The notes under the pieces are model-generated. The model was not told the origin of the DNA and searched no databases. It worked only from the letters and a program-made list of their open reading frames with translations. A stretch of DNA of 63,997 nucleotides, the filler included, from Jimgerdemannia flammicorona (taxonomy: Eukaryota), in assembly GCA_003990765.1 (NCBI GenBank). It is 3 parts of 3 records of this genome, joined end to end, with 100 filler letters (N's around TTAATTAATTAA, not from the genome) between each part and the next. Parts side by side here need not be neighbours in the genome. Positions count along the whole stretch, not along the records: positions 21,671 to 43,227 come from RBNJ01001427.1; positions 43,328 to 63,997 come from RBNJ01001618.1; 1 more part is not named here. One strand, given 5' to 3'. The translations under genes and the position numbers were made by a program. This document shows, in pieces, positions 37,776-50,325 of the stretch. Every line of letters begins with the position of its first letter. The first letter of the stretch is position 1.

Positions 37776-40700
37776 TATAAGTACACAATCTCTAAGCTAC
37801 TAAAATCATATATCACTCTCGGAACCAATTCAGAAATCATATGTAAGATCACAAAACAAGTTACTGAAGAGATCACCTGATTATATAAAATATGTCAGCA
37901 AGTATGAGAACTTACTACTAAGATATAAGAATATCAGAAGAAGTACTACAACTATAAGACTGACCCTGAACCTCTATTCATTAGATAACCAGTCTTAGTA
38001 TACTATGCTATCATAAAAGAAAACTAAAGTATCAAACTCAAATTGAAATAAGAAGAACCCTATCTCATCTATCAAAGGTTCATGAACTGTACTTATCAAC
38101 TCAAGACTAAGATATATTACAACTATATAAGATCTTATTACTTAGCAGAAGTAAAATGCATTTGAATAACTCTGTTCACTCTATCTGTGTCACCTCTATT
38201 GAAGAATGACAGATGCTTCATCTGAACTCAAGAAAGTCAACATTATCAAAACTAATATCAAGTCTATCTATGTGATAGATATTACTACTAGAAATTGTCT
38301 CAAATTATAGAAAATATTATTTCTGAGAGATTCAAACTCCCAGCCATGACAATGAGAGCTCTCACCCTAGATAAGAATGGCCAGTTCTTACAAATATACC
38401 AATAGTCCAAAAAAAAAAGAGAACCAAGGCCTATTATTCCTATGCAACCATCTCTACTCAGGATAGCTTTAATTTTACAAGGGGTAGATATGATAAAACC
38501 TTAAAACTAATAACATTAGAAGTCAGGAAACTTCTCAGACTTCATCAAAAGATAATGTCATCAATGGTGACTTTATCAAAAGAATATCCAGACAGTATCT
38601 AAATCTATAAATAGCTTAGTAGTCATTAGTATAGTTAGATTAGTCTTATATAATATAACTATATACTAACTCAGCAGTCAGATAATCTCTTGATATATCA
38701 GTTCATACTTATATATTCTGACTCAGTAAGATACTAAGTATTATATCTATATTTAGCATAGCCCAGATAGCCTCCCATTAGTATAAATACCTCCTCTCCC
38801 AGATCTCAGAAACTCAAACTTGAATAGACTTCAAATAGATCTATATATAAGAACTCCTGAACACTTCTCTACAATATCTCTTCACATACTACTCCTAGTA
38901 TAGCAATATTATGAATAGCAAATAAACTTATTTAATAACCCACAAACTACTCTTAAGTAAATCTGTACTCTGTTAGATCCTACTCCTAACCATATTATGA
39001 AATTTCCTAATTGGGTATTGTCTGTAGCAATATGCCAATTCAACTAAGCTAGTCTTAGTTTCTTGAACTTCTTGAAATATAGAAAATCCTAAACATCCAG
39101 AAAATCCTTTCAGAACTATATAATGGTACTTTATAAGTAATCTTCTTACAACTTAGTAATAGCAGTTTACAATCCAATTCTGCTTCAAGATGCTTTCTCA
39201 CTTTACTACAAAACCTCTATGAGAATTCCTATAAGTTGATATAAAGCCCAATCTCTGAACTAGAATTCATTCTGAACTATCTAACAATCTAGAGAGAATT
39301 GAACCTAATGTATGAGAACAATTTGACCTCTATACTTATAACAAATGGAACAGATTTTATCTACAAAAATAAGTACTCCAATTAAATCAGCAGATATATG
39401 AACCCCATTCACCAAACTTCTTACTCTATATTCCACAAGTCAAGATAAAGAAGGTCTTATAGAAGCCTTCTTTACTCTTCTCTTTTTTTTTTCTTTTTTT
39501 TTTCTCTACTTCTTTACTCTTCTCAATAAGAGTTTTGTTAGCTCTATAAACCTGAGCAATCTAGAATAACCAGCAGTATCTTTCTAGCCTTAGTTCCTTA
39601 TAAAGCCTAAGCCTCTATAGCTAAGTAGCTCAACTCTACTAACTTTTACCATATCAGGACTAAGACTGCCTTATACTACTACTTCCAGAATTGTAAATCC
39701 TGCTATATTCTTAAAGAAGAAGCAAGAGAAACTCTTCACCAACAACCTGACTCTAAACCAGAAGCAGGTCCAGCTATAACCCTTTCTGAATCTAGAACTA
39801 ATACTGAACTAGATCAAACTCTTGATTTAAGTCTATCTAAAATCTAATATATAACTAATACTATCTACTTCAATACTGAGCAAACTCAATTATATAGAGA
39901 CCAAAGTGAATAGGAGGAAGAGTATCTCAGTAAATTCAATCTCAGATATACTATCAAAAGAGACATACTCCTATTCAGACAAAACATATCTATAGTACAA
40001 CAGATAGTTATCTATCAAGTCCTTACACCAGACCTGCAATAGTTACTCCAGCAACTTATACAGACTCAAAGAACACTATTATACTCTATATCAGTAACTC
40101 AAGTCATATCAGTAATCTCACTACTAGTAGTCTAACTACTTCTAATAAACAATATGGCAAACCAACAGATTCTAGACCTCACAGCTCAGATAGCCATAAT
40201 GATAGCAACTATTACTGCCTTAGCTGAACAGACCTGACCAACAAAAAGTCTGAGCCTACCTATCTTCAATAGTACTGTACAGAAAGTTCAAAGCTTCATT
40301 AGTATAGTTGATATTAATTTTGAAATCAATCAATAAACCAATAAGTGAGTTGCTGACTACTTTCTAACAAACAATTAAGAACATACTCAGAACAACTCTT
40401 TGCTACTACTATGGCTTATATCTGCTGAGTTATTATATTCTTCTGAGAATCTGCTAAAGAATAGTGGTAAACTCTCTCTAAAAAATCCCTCATATGGAAT
40501 ACCCAATCTGTAGTTATTGTTCAAAATGCAGCAAATAATATCCCTGGATATAGAGACCACCCTATAGCCTCTAGACTCAAATAACTCATAATTGCTCAAT
40601 ATTACAGTGAAACTCTGATCACTGAATCTCAAGCTAAATTCTGCAACCTCAAATTTGATATATATAGTAAAAAGGAATTTGAAACCTTCTATACAAAACT

Positions 40701-42721
40701 TGAGTTACTCCTGAATACTATTGGCCTAGAATATATTACCAATGATGAAGTATGAAATGATATAAGAGTAGATTATTTATTCAATATACTACCTGAATGG
40801 CTTATAAGAAAAATCTGAGAACAAGAATGCCTAGTTAGTTGTAATTACCAATAATGATACCTGGTAAGAATCAAGACTATGGTTAAGCAAATCTTAACAG
40901 CTAGACCAATTCTGCCTTGAAGATAATTCAATAATAAGAAAAAAACTTAGACTAAGAAAAAAGAACCCAAGTATAAAGTATCCTGAACTCCCTCCACAGC
41001 CACCTCTTGGACATTCTGAAATCCTGAACCCACCTAGCCAAGTACCTTCAAGAAACTTACTGAAGGAAAAAGAAATGAACTTTAAAAAAGCAGAGCATAC
41101 TTCTACATATTGCTGAAAGACAGAACATATAGCCAGTATCTGCTCTAATTGAAAACCCCAAACAACAATATGAGCAACTATCACTACTCTGTATCATCTC
41201 AATAATCTGACTACCAAGATATTAAACTTTGTCAAATTAAGGCCTACTGCTATAGCTCTAAGCAAAGAAAGTCAAAAAGCAGCTGGATATGACTTATATA
41301 CAGCTAAAGAAGCTATAGTTTCTAATAGAGAAGTCAAGCAAGTCTATATAGAAATCAGCATTCAAATTCCTAAAGGACATATTAGAAGAATATACTGTTA
41401 CAGCAACCTAGTATTAAAAGAACTCTCAGTAAAAAGAGGAATTATTGATAAAGATTATACAGACAAAATTATTGTTCTCATCTGAAATCATAGTTAGATA
41501 CTCTTCAAGATCTCTATTAATTTCTGTATCACCCAGATCCTATTCAAGAAAATTAAATCAACTCTGATAGTCAAGAAAGTCTCTGAACTACTGTCTACCA
41601 TCCAAGGATTCAGAGGATTTGGCTTATCAAACAAGACTCCAGTCCAATTCACTATAAATAAAAAAGAACAATTCTATAAGAAAATTGAAGATGAATTTAT
41701 ATCAAGTAGCTGATGTCTCTATGACATTGGAATGTACTCTTTCTGAATGATTGATAATTGCTTCTCTTGTATCAATGAACTGATCCAAAGAAGAACCAAT
41801 AGAAGGAAAGCTCTTATAACCAAAATTACTATCATTAGATTAAATAAACTATTTATACTCCAAGCTTTTATCAATAGAGCACCTGTCAAAATTATGATAG
41901 ACAGTGGTATCTCAGACAACTTCATCAATAAAGAAACAGCCAACAGACTCAAGGTCCTGACCTCTCCAGTACAATAGACTTAAGCAATCACTATAGCTAA
42001 TAAAACCTCCCATATTATTAGCAAGGAAGTCTACAATCTACTTTTCTGAATTAGTAACTACTAAGTATATATTATACTTCAGATTATATGTACTACTTCC
42101 TAATAACAAAATCATCCTTGGGACCCCATGGTTAAAATAAGAGAATCTGATGATTGATTAGATTAATCATTCTCTGACTATTAAGAAAAGATACCATAAT
42201 TTCAAATTGTAAGATAAAAAAGACCCACTCAGTTCTAGTGACTCTAAACCAAAGATCACCTATATCAATAAGCTACAACTCAAAAAACTAGTCAAGAAAT
42301 GTTCTCTCTTTGCTATCTCTATCTGTCCATTCAAAGGAGAACCCAAAAACCTCAAAGAAGACTTTTCCAAAGTTGACAGCCATATCAGACCCTTACTCTA
42401 GAAATTCTGAGACATATTTCTAAATTAAACTACAAAACCACCTATATCTGTCATTATTAATGATTAAGAAGAATATAAAGTTGAACAAATCCTCAACAAA
42501 CATAGCTACAAGAACTATCCAAATAATATAACAACACTAAATCAAATTAGAAAACCTTGATGAGAATATCAAAAGCTAAGAAGGAGAGAGTTGTAAGCAC
42601 ACAACCTCTAAGCTACTACAATTATATATCATTCTCAGAACTAATTCAGAAACTACATATAAGATTACAAAACAAGTTACTGAAGAAATCACCTGGTTAC
42701 ACAAAATATACCAGCAAGTAT
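37776..42721 (+). mobile_element. Element C: older, internally deleted relative of B (LTR 37776-39150, gag-dUTPase-ZnF-PR, no RT/RH/INT, partial 3' LTR from 42592)
   Basis: 38550-42420 aligns with B 27725-31680, then jumps to the chromodomain and PPT; 42592-42721 repeats 37776-37905. Confidence 0.88.
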
Positions 42722-43227
42722 TGTGACAAGCCAAGACATACTACCTGAATCATATCTTAACCAGATGACGTGAACACTCAGCCTAGTAACCAGCAACCCT
42801 TGCTGCTGAAACTGTATAAATAGCCAGATATACCAGAAAGGGCCTGTTTACCTGTACAGACTCTGTACACCATACAGACTCTGTACACTGTACAGGTCCT
42901 GTACACCGTACAGACTCTGTACACCTGCCATAAGTAGCAGATCTATAGTTAGCCACATAGTAACCAGATAGCAACCAACTTGTATAAATTACCCCAGTGG
43001 CGAGAGTGAATAAAACCTCAGTCCGAATTGAAGTGCAAACCAAAGAAGCCTCTAAAGATTGAGCAATTGGTCCCCTTATTCCCACTCCGGTCCACTTTCT
43101 GATACAAAGCTGAAGATTTGCCGCCTAAGTTCAAGAAGAACTTCGCCGCTTTTGAAGAGAAACCCTTGGTTCGCTTGCCAGATAAGCCTGAAGAATTCGA
43201 GTTTGCCGCCTAAGTTCAAGGAAGAAC
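42722..43227 (+). mobile_element. Probable LTR of another element (D) inserted in the 3' LTR of C, truncated by the gap
   Basis: Similarity to the C LTR stops abruptly and TGTGACA begins. Contains TATAAATA (~42815), 18-bp tandem repeats (tacagactctgtacacc, 42855-42926), AATAAA (~43009) and retained CpGs. Confidence 0.6.
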
Positions 43228-43327
43228 NNNNNNNNNNNNNNNNNNNNNNNNNNNNNNNNNNNNNNNNNNNNTTAATTAATTAANNNNNNNNNNNNNNNNN
43301 NNNNNNNNNNNNNNNNNNNNNNNNNNN
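43228..43327. other. Artificial contig spacer (44 N + TTAATTAATTAA + 44 N)
   Basis: Same 100-bp linker as 21571-21670. Confidence 0.97.
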
Positions 43328-44127
43328 AAAAAAAAAAAGAAGGGAAAGAAACTTTGGAAATACCTCCCTATTTTTATTCTATCCAGCTGAGCTTTATGTT
43401 AATCAATTTATTAATGAAAATTCTGCGCTTCTGCAAACACTAATACGTCTACCGCGCAGGCCATTGCGAATTAGAGCCAACATCCGAAATTCCGGATGTA
43501 TTCACATGCGGACATGCTCATGCTAAAGTCGGCGTTGATGCCACGAAGTGCTGCACTGGCAAAGGAAATTTGCGCAATACAAATGTGAAAAGTAGAGATG
43601 CCCATAGAATAATCGCGTTGTATAAATTGCGGGTGATCGTATTTCTGTCGTGGATGTAGTCGAGAGCATGCCCTCACTTGAGGACGTCTGAACGTCTCCA
43701 CCTAGAGACTCGGGCCTGCTCGGGTCAAAGGCTGTGGTGAGTGCCCTTCACGAAGTGCTACGCCGAAGCAAAAGCCACATCACACACACAATAGAGATAC
43801 TCATATTTCTGTCGTGTATTGGGCGCTGGCTTGCGTGTCTCAGGTCTCAGAAACCCTGCTCAACGGTAATGCAATGCATAGTTATACAGTTGCATCACCT
43901 CCAGTAGGAAATCCTATTGGTTCGCTTGGTGGGCTAATGGTGCTTCATTTGCAGGTTGCATAATTGTGGAAAATTCCTAGGTGTTAAGTTTCAATCGCTA
44001 TTGGTCCAGCTATTCAGCCTGCATAACGGTGGCAATTTCGGCGTTCGGCTACTAACACTGGCGATGGCGCGTTGGAGTCGCCTATCAAATGTTTACAACC
44101 CCTAACTGACTCTTCCTGCTCTTTCGC

Positions 44128-44246
44128 ACAACCAACCAAACCAACTGCCCAACCTAACCTACCCAACCCAACCCAACCCAATCTACGCAACCCAGCCCAA
44201 CTCAGCCCACTCAGCCCAACCCTACCTAATCCAACCCAACCCACCC
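44128..44246 (+). repeat. Degenerate (CCAAC/CCCAA)n pentamer microsatellite
   Basis: Visible run of ccaac/cccaa/ctaac units just upstream of the ATG at 44263. Confidence 0.85.
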
Positions 44247-44262
44247 GTAACCAGACTCAACC

Positions 44263-46787
44263 ATGTATATTCTCGCCATCACTTTTTTTGTCATATTTGT
44301 GTTCACATTCGGCACCAACGCCAAGCAGTGTCGACCCGAGTAGGTATCCGCCAATATTCAACTTCGCGTCGATTTGTGATGATGATGCTGCTAATCTCAC
44401 CCACTCCACCTCTATGACACGGGAACCATCAGCCCGATCCCTGCCAAATGTGTAGCTGCCTCCCCCGACACTGTCCCCAAAGATCACGCCTCGGCCAATT
44501 CCATCGCCTCTACTGCCAAGGTCGACCCCGTCCCCACGACTGCCAAGGCTGACCCCGTCCCCACGAGTGCCAAGGCTGACCCCGTCCTCACGACTGGCCG
44601 CATCATTACAACCCACATCAATCCTATCATGCCAGCAACAATTGCTCGTAAGCGGACTCCTCTCCTCCGGAGATCCGTGGGACCTACATTGCGTGAGGAG
44701 GTGGCACGCTTCTACCCTGAAATGCCGAAAGTGCAGGGTAAGTAGAATCGTCGTTTATATTCATGAGTAGGAGCCTTTTTATTTATTAGTTCATTAAACA
44801 AAATTTCTTTTCCCTTTCACCGGCATAGTGACGACCGATGAAGCCAGAGGTAACAGGAGGTTTTTCCTGGCTGAGGTCCCAAGATTCCAGAGATCCGCGG
44901 ACGTGGTATGTTTCCGGGAATTGTTAATTTTATGTTTGGGAAATCCTACGGCCTACATTGGGCGGAATACCGAATGACGATGTTTCTATCGGAACGTTCC
45001 GAATGGGCATTGGAATATCCTTTCTTGAATGGAACATCCTCTCCTGTCTGGAGCACTACAGGAGATGGAGAGTATAGCGTAAAAAGTGTTGTATTTTCTA
45101 ACCCCTACTTCACTTTGATGGTTCTATACAAAAGCGCCTTGTATCCGATTACTTTGCTGGCCTCGACCTTCGCCGTCCGCGGATCGTCACCTGCACTGAA
45201 GCCAGCACGAAGAAAGCCTTCGAGGAGAAGAAAGGCGAAGAAAACGAGACTGAGGGGGAGAAGAGTGAAGATGCGGAGGGCGCGGGAGAGATGTGCAGCA
45301 AGAGTGAGGACGGTGAGGAGAACGATGTTGAGGAGAACGGTGAGGAGAACGATGTTGAGGAGAACGAGGATTACTACGATGAGGAGGGTGATGGCGACGA
45401 CGAAGGTGAGATATGCATGGACGGCGAAGGGGAGGGGAGCAACGGGAGCAAGGGTGAGGGGACCAGTGAGGGAAAGCGAATGCAGGATGGCAAGGTTGTG
45501 CGGGAGAGCAAGGGCATTCAGCAGAGCAAGGACATTAAGGAGGGCACCGACATCGAGGTGGGCAATGATGAGGGCGGGAGTAAGGATGAAGGGAGGGACG
45601 ATTCTGCGGAGGTTGAGATTGAGGAGGATATGAGCGACGAGGATGGCAAATATGCGGAGGTCGAGTGTGAGGAGAATAGCGAGGGTGAGAAGGATGTGGA
45701 GGGCGAGGGCGAGACTTTCGAAGATGCGAATGGTGAGGACGCGGAGGGCGAGGGCAGGAAGGGAGATTTCGGGGAGGGCATGGCCAAGGGAGTGGAGGGT
45801 GATGGCAGGGATGGCACGGGTATTGACGAGGGTGATGACGATGAGAGCAAGGACAATAGGGAGGGGTATGGTGGGGAGGACACGGACGCTGAGGGTGAGG
45901 GAAGGGATGGTGATGCCGGAGAGGGAATGAGTGGTGATGCCGGGGAGGGGGTGGGTGGTGATGCCGGGGAGGGAGTGGGTGGTGATGCTGGGGATGGCCA
46001 AAACATTGAGGGCGAGGGTGTAGAGATCGAGGGTCTGGAGCGCGTGGAACATTACGGTATAGTGGACGGGCATATTGGTGGTATGGGAACGGATGGTGCG
46101 GGCGCGGGAAGCAAGGACGTTGATCGTGCGGGTGCCGGAAGCGAGGCCGCGGTTGATACGGGTGCGGTAATCGAGCGAATGGAGGAAGATACCAATAAGG
46201 GAAAGGAGAAGGCCGATGCTGGGCGGGTGGAGGAGGGTGAGAACGAGAGTGTAGGTGGACGCGTGGAAGGAAGCGAGGATGGCGAAGAAAGAGAGGATGG
46301 AAGCGAGGATGGCGAAGAAAGCGAGGATGAAAGCGAAGATGGCGAAGAGGAAGACATGGATGGTGATAAGATGCGCGTCGATAAGGGGAAGGAGAGGGCG
46401 GACGATTGGCTTAGCGATTTGATGGAGGGTGGAAGTGGATTACACAGCGACGTGGAGGAGATGGATTACGATGAGAAGGAGGACGAGGAGGAGGAGGAGG
46501 AAGAGGAGGATACGGAAGAGGAGGATATGGAAGAGGATGATGCGGAGGAGGAGAATACGGAGGAGGAGAATACGGAGGAGGAGGATGAGGAGGAGGAGAA
46601 GTCGGAGGAGGATGATGAGAATTCGGAGGAGCAGGATGAGAATTCGGAGGAGGATTATATGGATGTGGATTACACGGATGACGAGGACGAGGAGGATGAC
46701 GATGACACGGAGGAGGACGAAATGGAGGTGGATGAGAGCGAAGGTGAAGAAGTATATGATGACGTGGATGACATAGAGATGGAGTAA
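44263..46787 (+). CDS. Predicted 4-exon gene (44263-44339, 44433-44737, 44829-44905, 45135-46787), 703 aa: hydrophobic N-terminus, TAKADPVP repeats, very long Asp/Glu-rich tail
   Basis: GT-AG introns of 93, 91 and 229 nt with donors GTAGGT, GTAAGT and GTATGT; branch-like CTAAT/CTAAC in introns 1 and 3. All phases are compatible and join the 498-aa track ORF. CpG retained. The last exon is better supported than the 5' exons. Confidence 0.62.
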
Positions 46788-46847
46788 AGAGTAGAAGAAC
46801 CTGGTGTATCGAAAACAATATCCCTTACCTTCTTGTTCATATATATG

Positions 46848-46853
<6 letters not shown>

Positions 46854-46926
<73 letters not shown>
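46854..46926. repeat. Poly(T) tract of about 73 nt
   Basis: Direct observation. Confidence 0.95.
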
Positions 46927-46927
<1 letters not shown>

Positions 46928-49900
46928 TTTTTTGTTTTTGTTATGTTTGTCCTGACATCCTATTTGCACATTAACATCGCGTCTATTCTCATGAACATCA
47001 GCACTAACATATTAAGATACACTTTTTTACATTTCTTGCATATTGTCGCGCTTATTCCCTTGCATCCCCGTAATTCCTGTCTTAAAATATTTTGCTGTCG
47101 TAGTTTGTCTATTCGTTAGTTTCATGTAAATAACTTGCAACAAATCCGATCAAAAGTGGTCGTGATTTGTGAACAAAATGTCACCGACAAATTGATGCCT
47201 ACATTTTCTGTCGTGATGCGCAGATGCGCGGTGCGCTTGCAGAGAGTGGAGCAAGAAAGCGATAAGCGGACCAAAACATACAAATTGAATGCGTTCGGCG
47301 GAGGGTTTTTTTCAATCCTGCCTTGGCGTACTTGCGTTGAACCTTTTCACCGGTGGAGGTATGCGCGGTTTGGATTTGGCTGCAAGCGTGGCTTGGTCGA
47401 GGGTGCAGGCAAGGCACATGTTTTGGGATTGACGCATCCAGATCATGCAAAAATATTTTATTTTTTTCATATGCTTCGTTGTAAACGTGCATTCCACCAT
47501 CCTCTACGATTCTTAAGTGGTGCTTGTTGGCGAATGAGTAGAACGAAATGAGGGCGCGTGGAACGAACAGTGACTGCTCTTAATCATCTTATCGGAATAA
47601 GAGGGAATTCATTGCCCAACCTGAAATACAAGAATTGGGAGGAACCAGTAAGAACTATTTAAATTAACAAGAAAGCATGCAACCTACGCCAGAACACATT
47701 TTACCAAACAGCCCCTTTTCATACCCGACAACGAGCATCCACATAATTAATTCACTGTCATTTCTGTCATTCTTGCCGCTGATCTTCTAAGTTCTTGTTG
47801 CAGGTCCTTGCCATGAACCTTCTCGTCGGCTCGTGCTCCTATGACATTTTTCGACCTCATGCGCTGAGAGTTGTAGCTCAAAAATCTACAGCAACGGCTC
47901 CACCGTGCACGCCGTCTATCCCCACGTTACCCGCTGTCGCGAAATCTCCTACACTCATCATTATTGTCCCCATGCTTCCTCGCCTCAAGCAAGCGATCGT
48001 CATCACCATTAGATGGACGTTGGAGTCGGTGGTGGGGTCTGCAATATAAGGCAATACAATCACCTTCTGCTGCGTCGACTTCTGGGTTGCACCTCCACCA
48101 CGTCGGATTACTGTGGGCCAGAGTGCTTGACAAGTATTCAAGAATAGCGCCTAGACCGATGACCTTCGACCCACGGGATATCGTGTTGGAACCAAACGTT
48201 TCAGCCGTCTGCACGATGGGCATCTCCATCATCTCGCCTGTAGCCGTCAACCCCTCAACGCCACCAGTTTTTCCGTGCGCCACAGCCCTATTGGTGAAAA
48301 TTGCTGGTGTCCGTATGTCCCTCGGTTGAAGACCTTGAGTGTCCGCACTGAAATCGACACACACACGTCGAAGCACATGCACCGACGACCAAATGATCTG
48401 GGACCAAGACGGAAGCCTATTTAAATTGGATCTGCTGCGAGACAAGGACCAAGCAGCTGTCCTCAGAATCGACAAACTCGTGGCCCTTAAGAAGGAGCAC
48501 ATCTGGAGTGGACCGGCGCATAAAGATAGTTTGGATTTCACAGTCATGTGCCCGCGCCACTCTCGTCTGTCCTTCCCACGATACGGCAATGATGACTACG
48601 GCAATGACATGTATCCTACGGTAAGGACGACGACACTCTCGCAACTGATATTATCTCCCGCACTCCATAGTTTTCCGCATGGCCGGGTCAGTTACCTATT
48701 ATGTCCGTCGATAAACACCCCAGCGATATTCCGGCCCTCCGCTGAGCTCCCTTCAACCAGTTTTTCGCCTTTCAACAATATTTGTTCTACCAATCCCACG
48801 AGATGTCCACCAAAGAAATTCGCACCACACCAAAGAGGCCACTCTGTTGACAACCGTTGCAATCGCTACGTGAGTACTTTGCAGTTGTTGGTTTTCTCGA
48901 TTGACCCCAGAAGAGCGCTATCATCATTCGGCACTTATTCAGTTCATCAGTGCTGCGCTTAATCGATGTCGTAATTCTGAGAATATCCGTTAACTTTCAT
49001 TGGGGTTTGTTTGTTTTTCGCTGCTTAATTGTTGGGGAGGTGTTGGATCATACCGTGATATTGAGGCGCCTGTGGGGAAGGATCATGCAACAACAATCTG
49101 TCGATTTACCATATATTTCAATTTAGACGACTTCCGACGGTAATCCCAACTTTGACCTCGTCACGCTTATCAACTGGCCAACGTTGGCCAACGTGCAAAA
49201 ACAGGAGATCCACCTACGTTCTCGCCCGATAGCCGACCTTGAGTGCACGCTGATATTTTGTAGGTAAAGGCGTGTCCGGGAGTGCGCGGAATTTGAATGC
49301 ATATATATTAATAAAAAAAAAAAAAAAAAAAATATGGGTTAAGGGGGAAGTTGAAGGAAAATGAGATGGACCAGGACATTACTCAACTTGCATCTCTCAC
49401 CCGCAGATTCTGAAGCTCGAAGGCCAGACGGTAGCACCTCTTCATTTGCCCACACGTCACGGGAACCACTTGGCTCCTAAGACGTCGTATTTACACTGTC
49501 CTCTCGCCTACCGCGCCCAAATTCTCTAACCCTTGTGCCACAATAAGACCAATTTTCAAATTGTTGGAATTTTCACAGCTTGATGATTATTATTAGTATT
49601 ATTGGTTCAAAAGATTAACTCAACTAAAGTAAAGCAAATCTCGCCACTTCTGTTCTTAGGACAGCTTCAGAAACCGGTCAACCCTGTCAAAATATTTTGC
49701 GATATCGAGCGCGACGTATGTATAACCGACCCAGCGCCAGGCGCTTAAAAATACTTATTATAAAAATCCAGCCCTTTCGGAAGCTGCTCCTTTTCCGCTT
49801 CTAATTAGGACGTATGTTTTTCGGAACCCCTTTTCGAACCCGAGACGGAGCGAATCGGGTAAAATTTCTAAACTTAAAAATTTTTCGCATATCTGCGGCA

Positions 49901-50325
49901 TTTAAACAGACAAGCAACTAATTGGCCTCCATTATTCGTGCAGGAACGCATATTCATGCTGGAACGCAACGTTCATGCCCCTGCCAATAATGTGGGCATG
50001 TGGATTGGCGATAGGCACAGCCACTACCACACATTCATACACATATGCTCGCCTCCCCCTCCCACACAATCACATTGTCCCACCTTTCCACATCGTAAGT
50101 ATTCTTCTTTCCACTCTTCGTCCAAAGTATTCTCTCCTCCCCACATTGTCCGTCTCCGAAAGTCTTTCTTTTCTACATGGCTACAAAATATAACTCTTCG
50201 AACTCAAACTCGAAACTCTTCCCGTCGAACACCTCCTCTGTCGGACGCCTCCTCTGTCGGACGCCTCCTCTGTCGAACTCTCTCATTTCAATAACTCACC
50301 CTTGCTCCTAGTGGATTCTGCCCAC

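Noticed and set aside
44908..46818. Overlapping Arg-rich, Leu-rich and Ser/Pro-rich ORFs (e.g. 44908-45633 +, 45105-46073 -)
   Set aside because: These are shadow frames of the GAG/GAT-rich acidic exon.
47795..48962. ORFs of 207 aa (+) and 220 aa (-) in the CpG-rich region
   Set aside because: No recognisable motif and no consistent exon model on either strand; a gene or pseudogene may exist but I cannot support a call.
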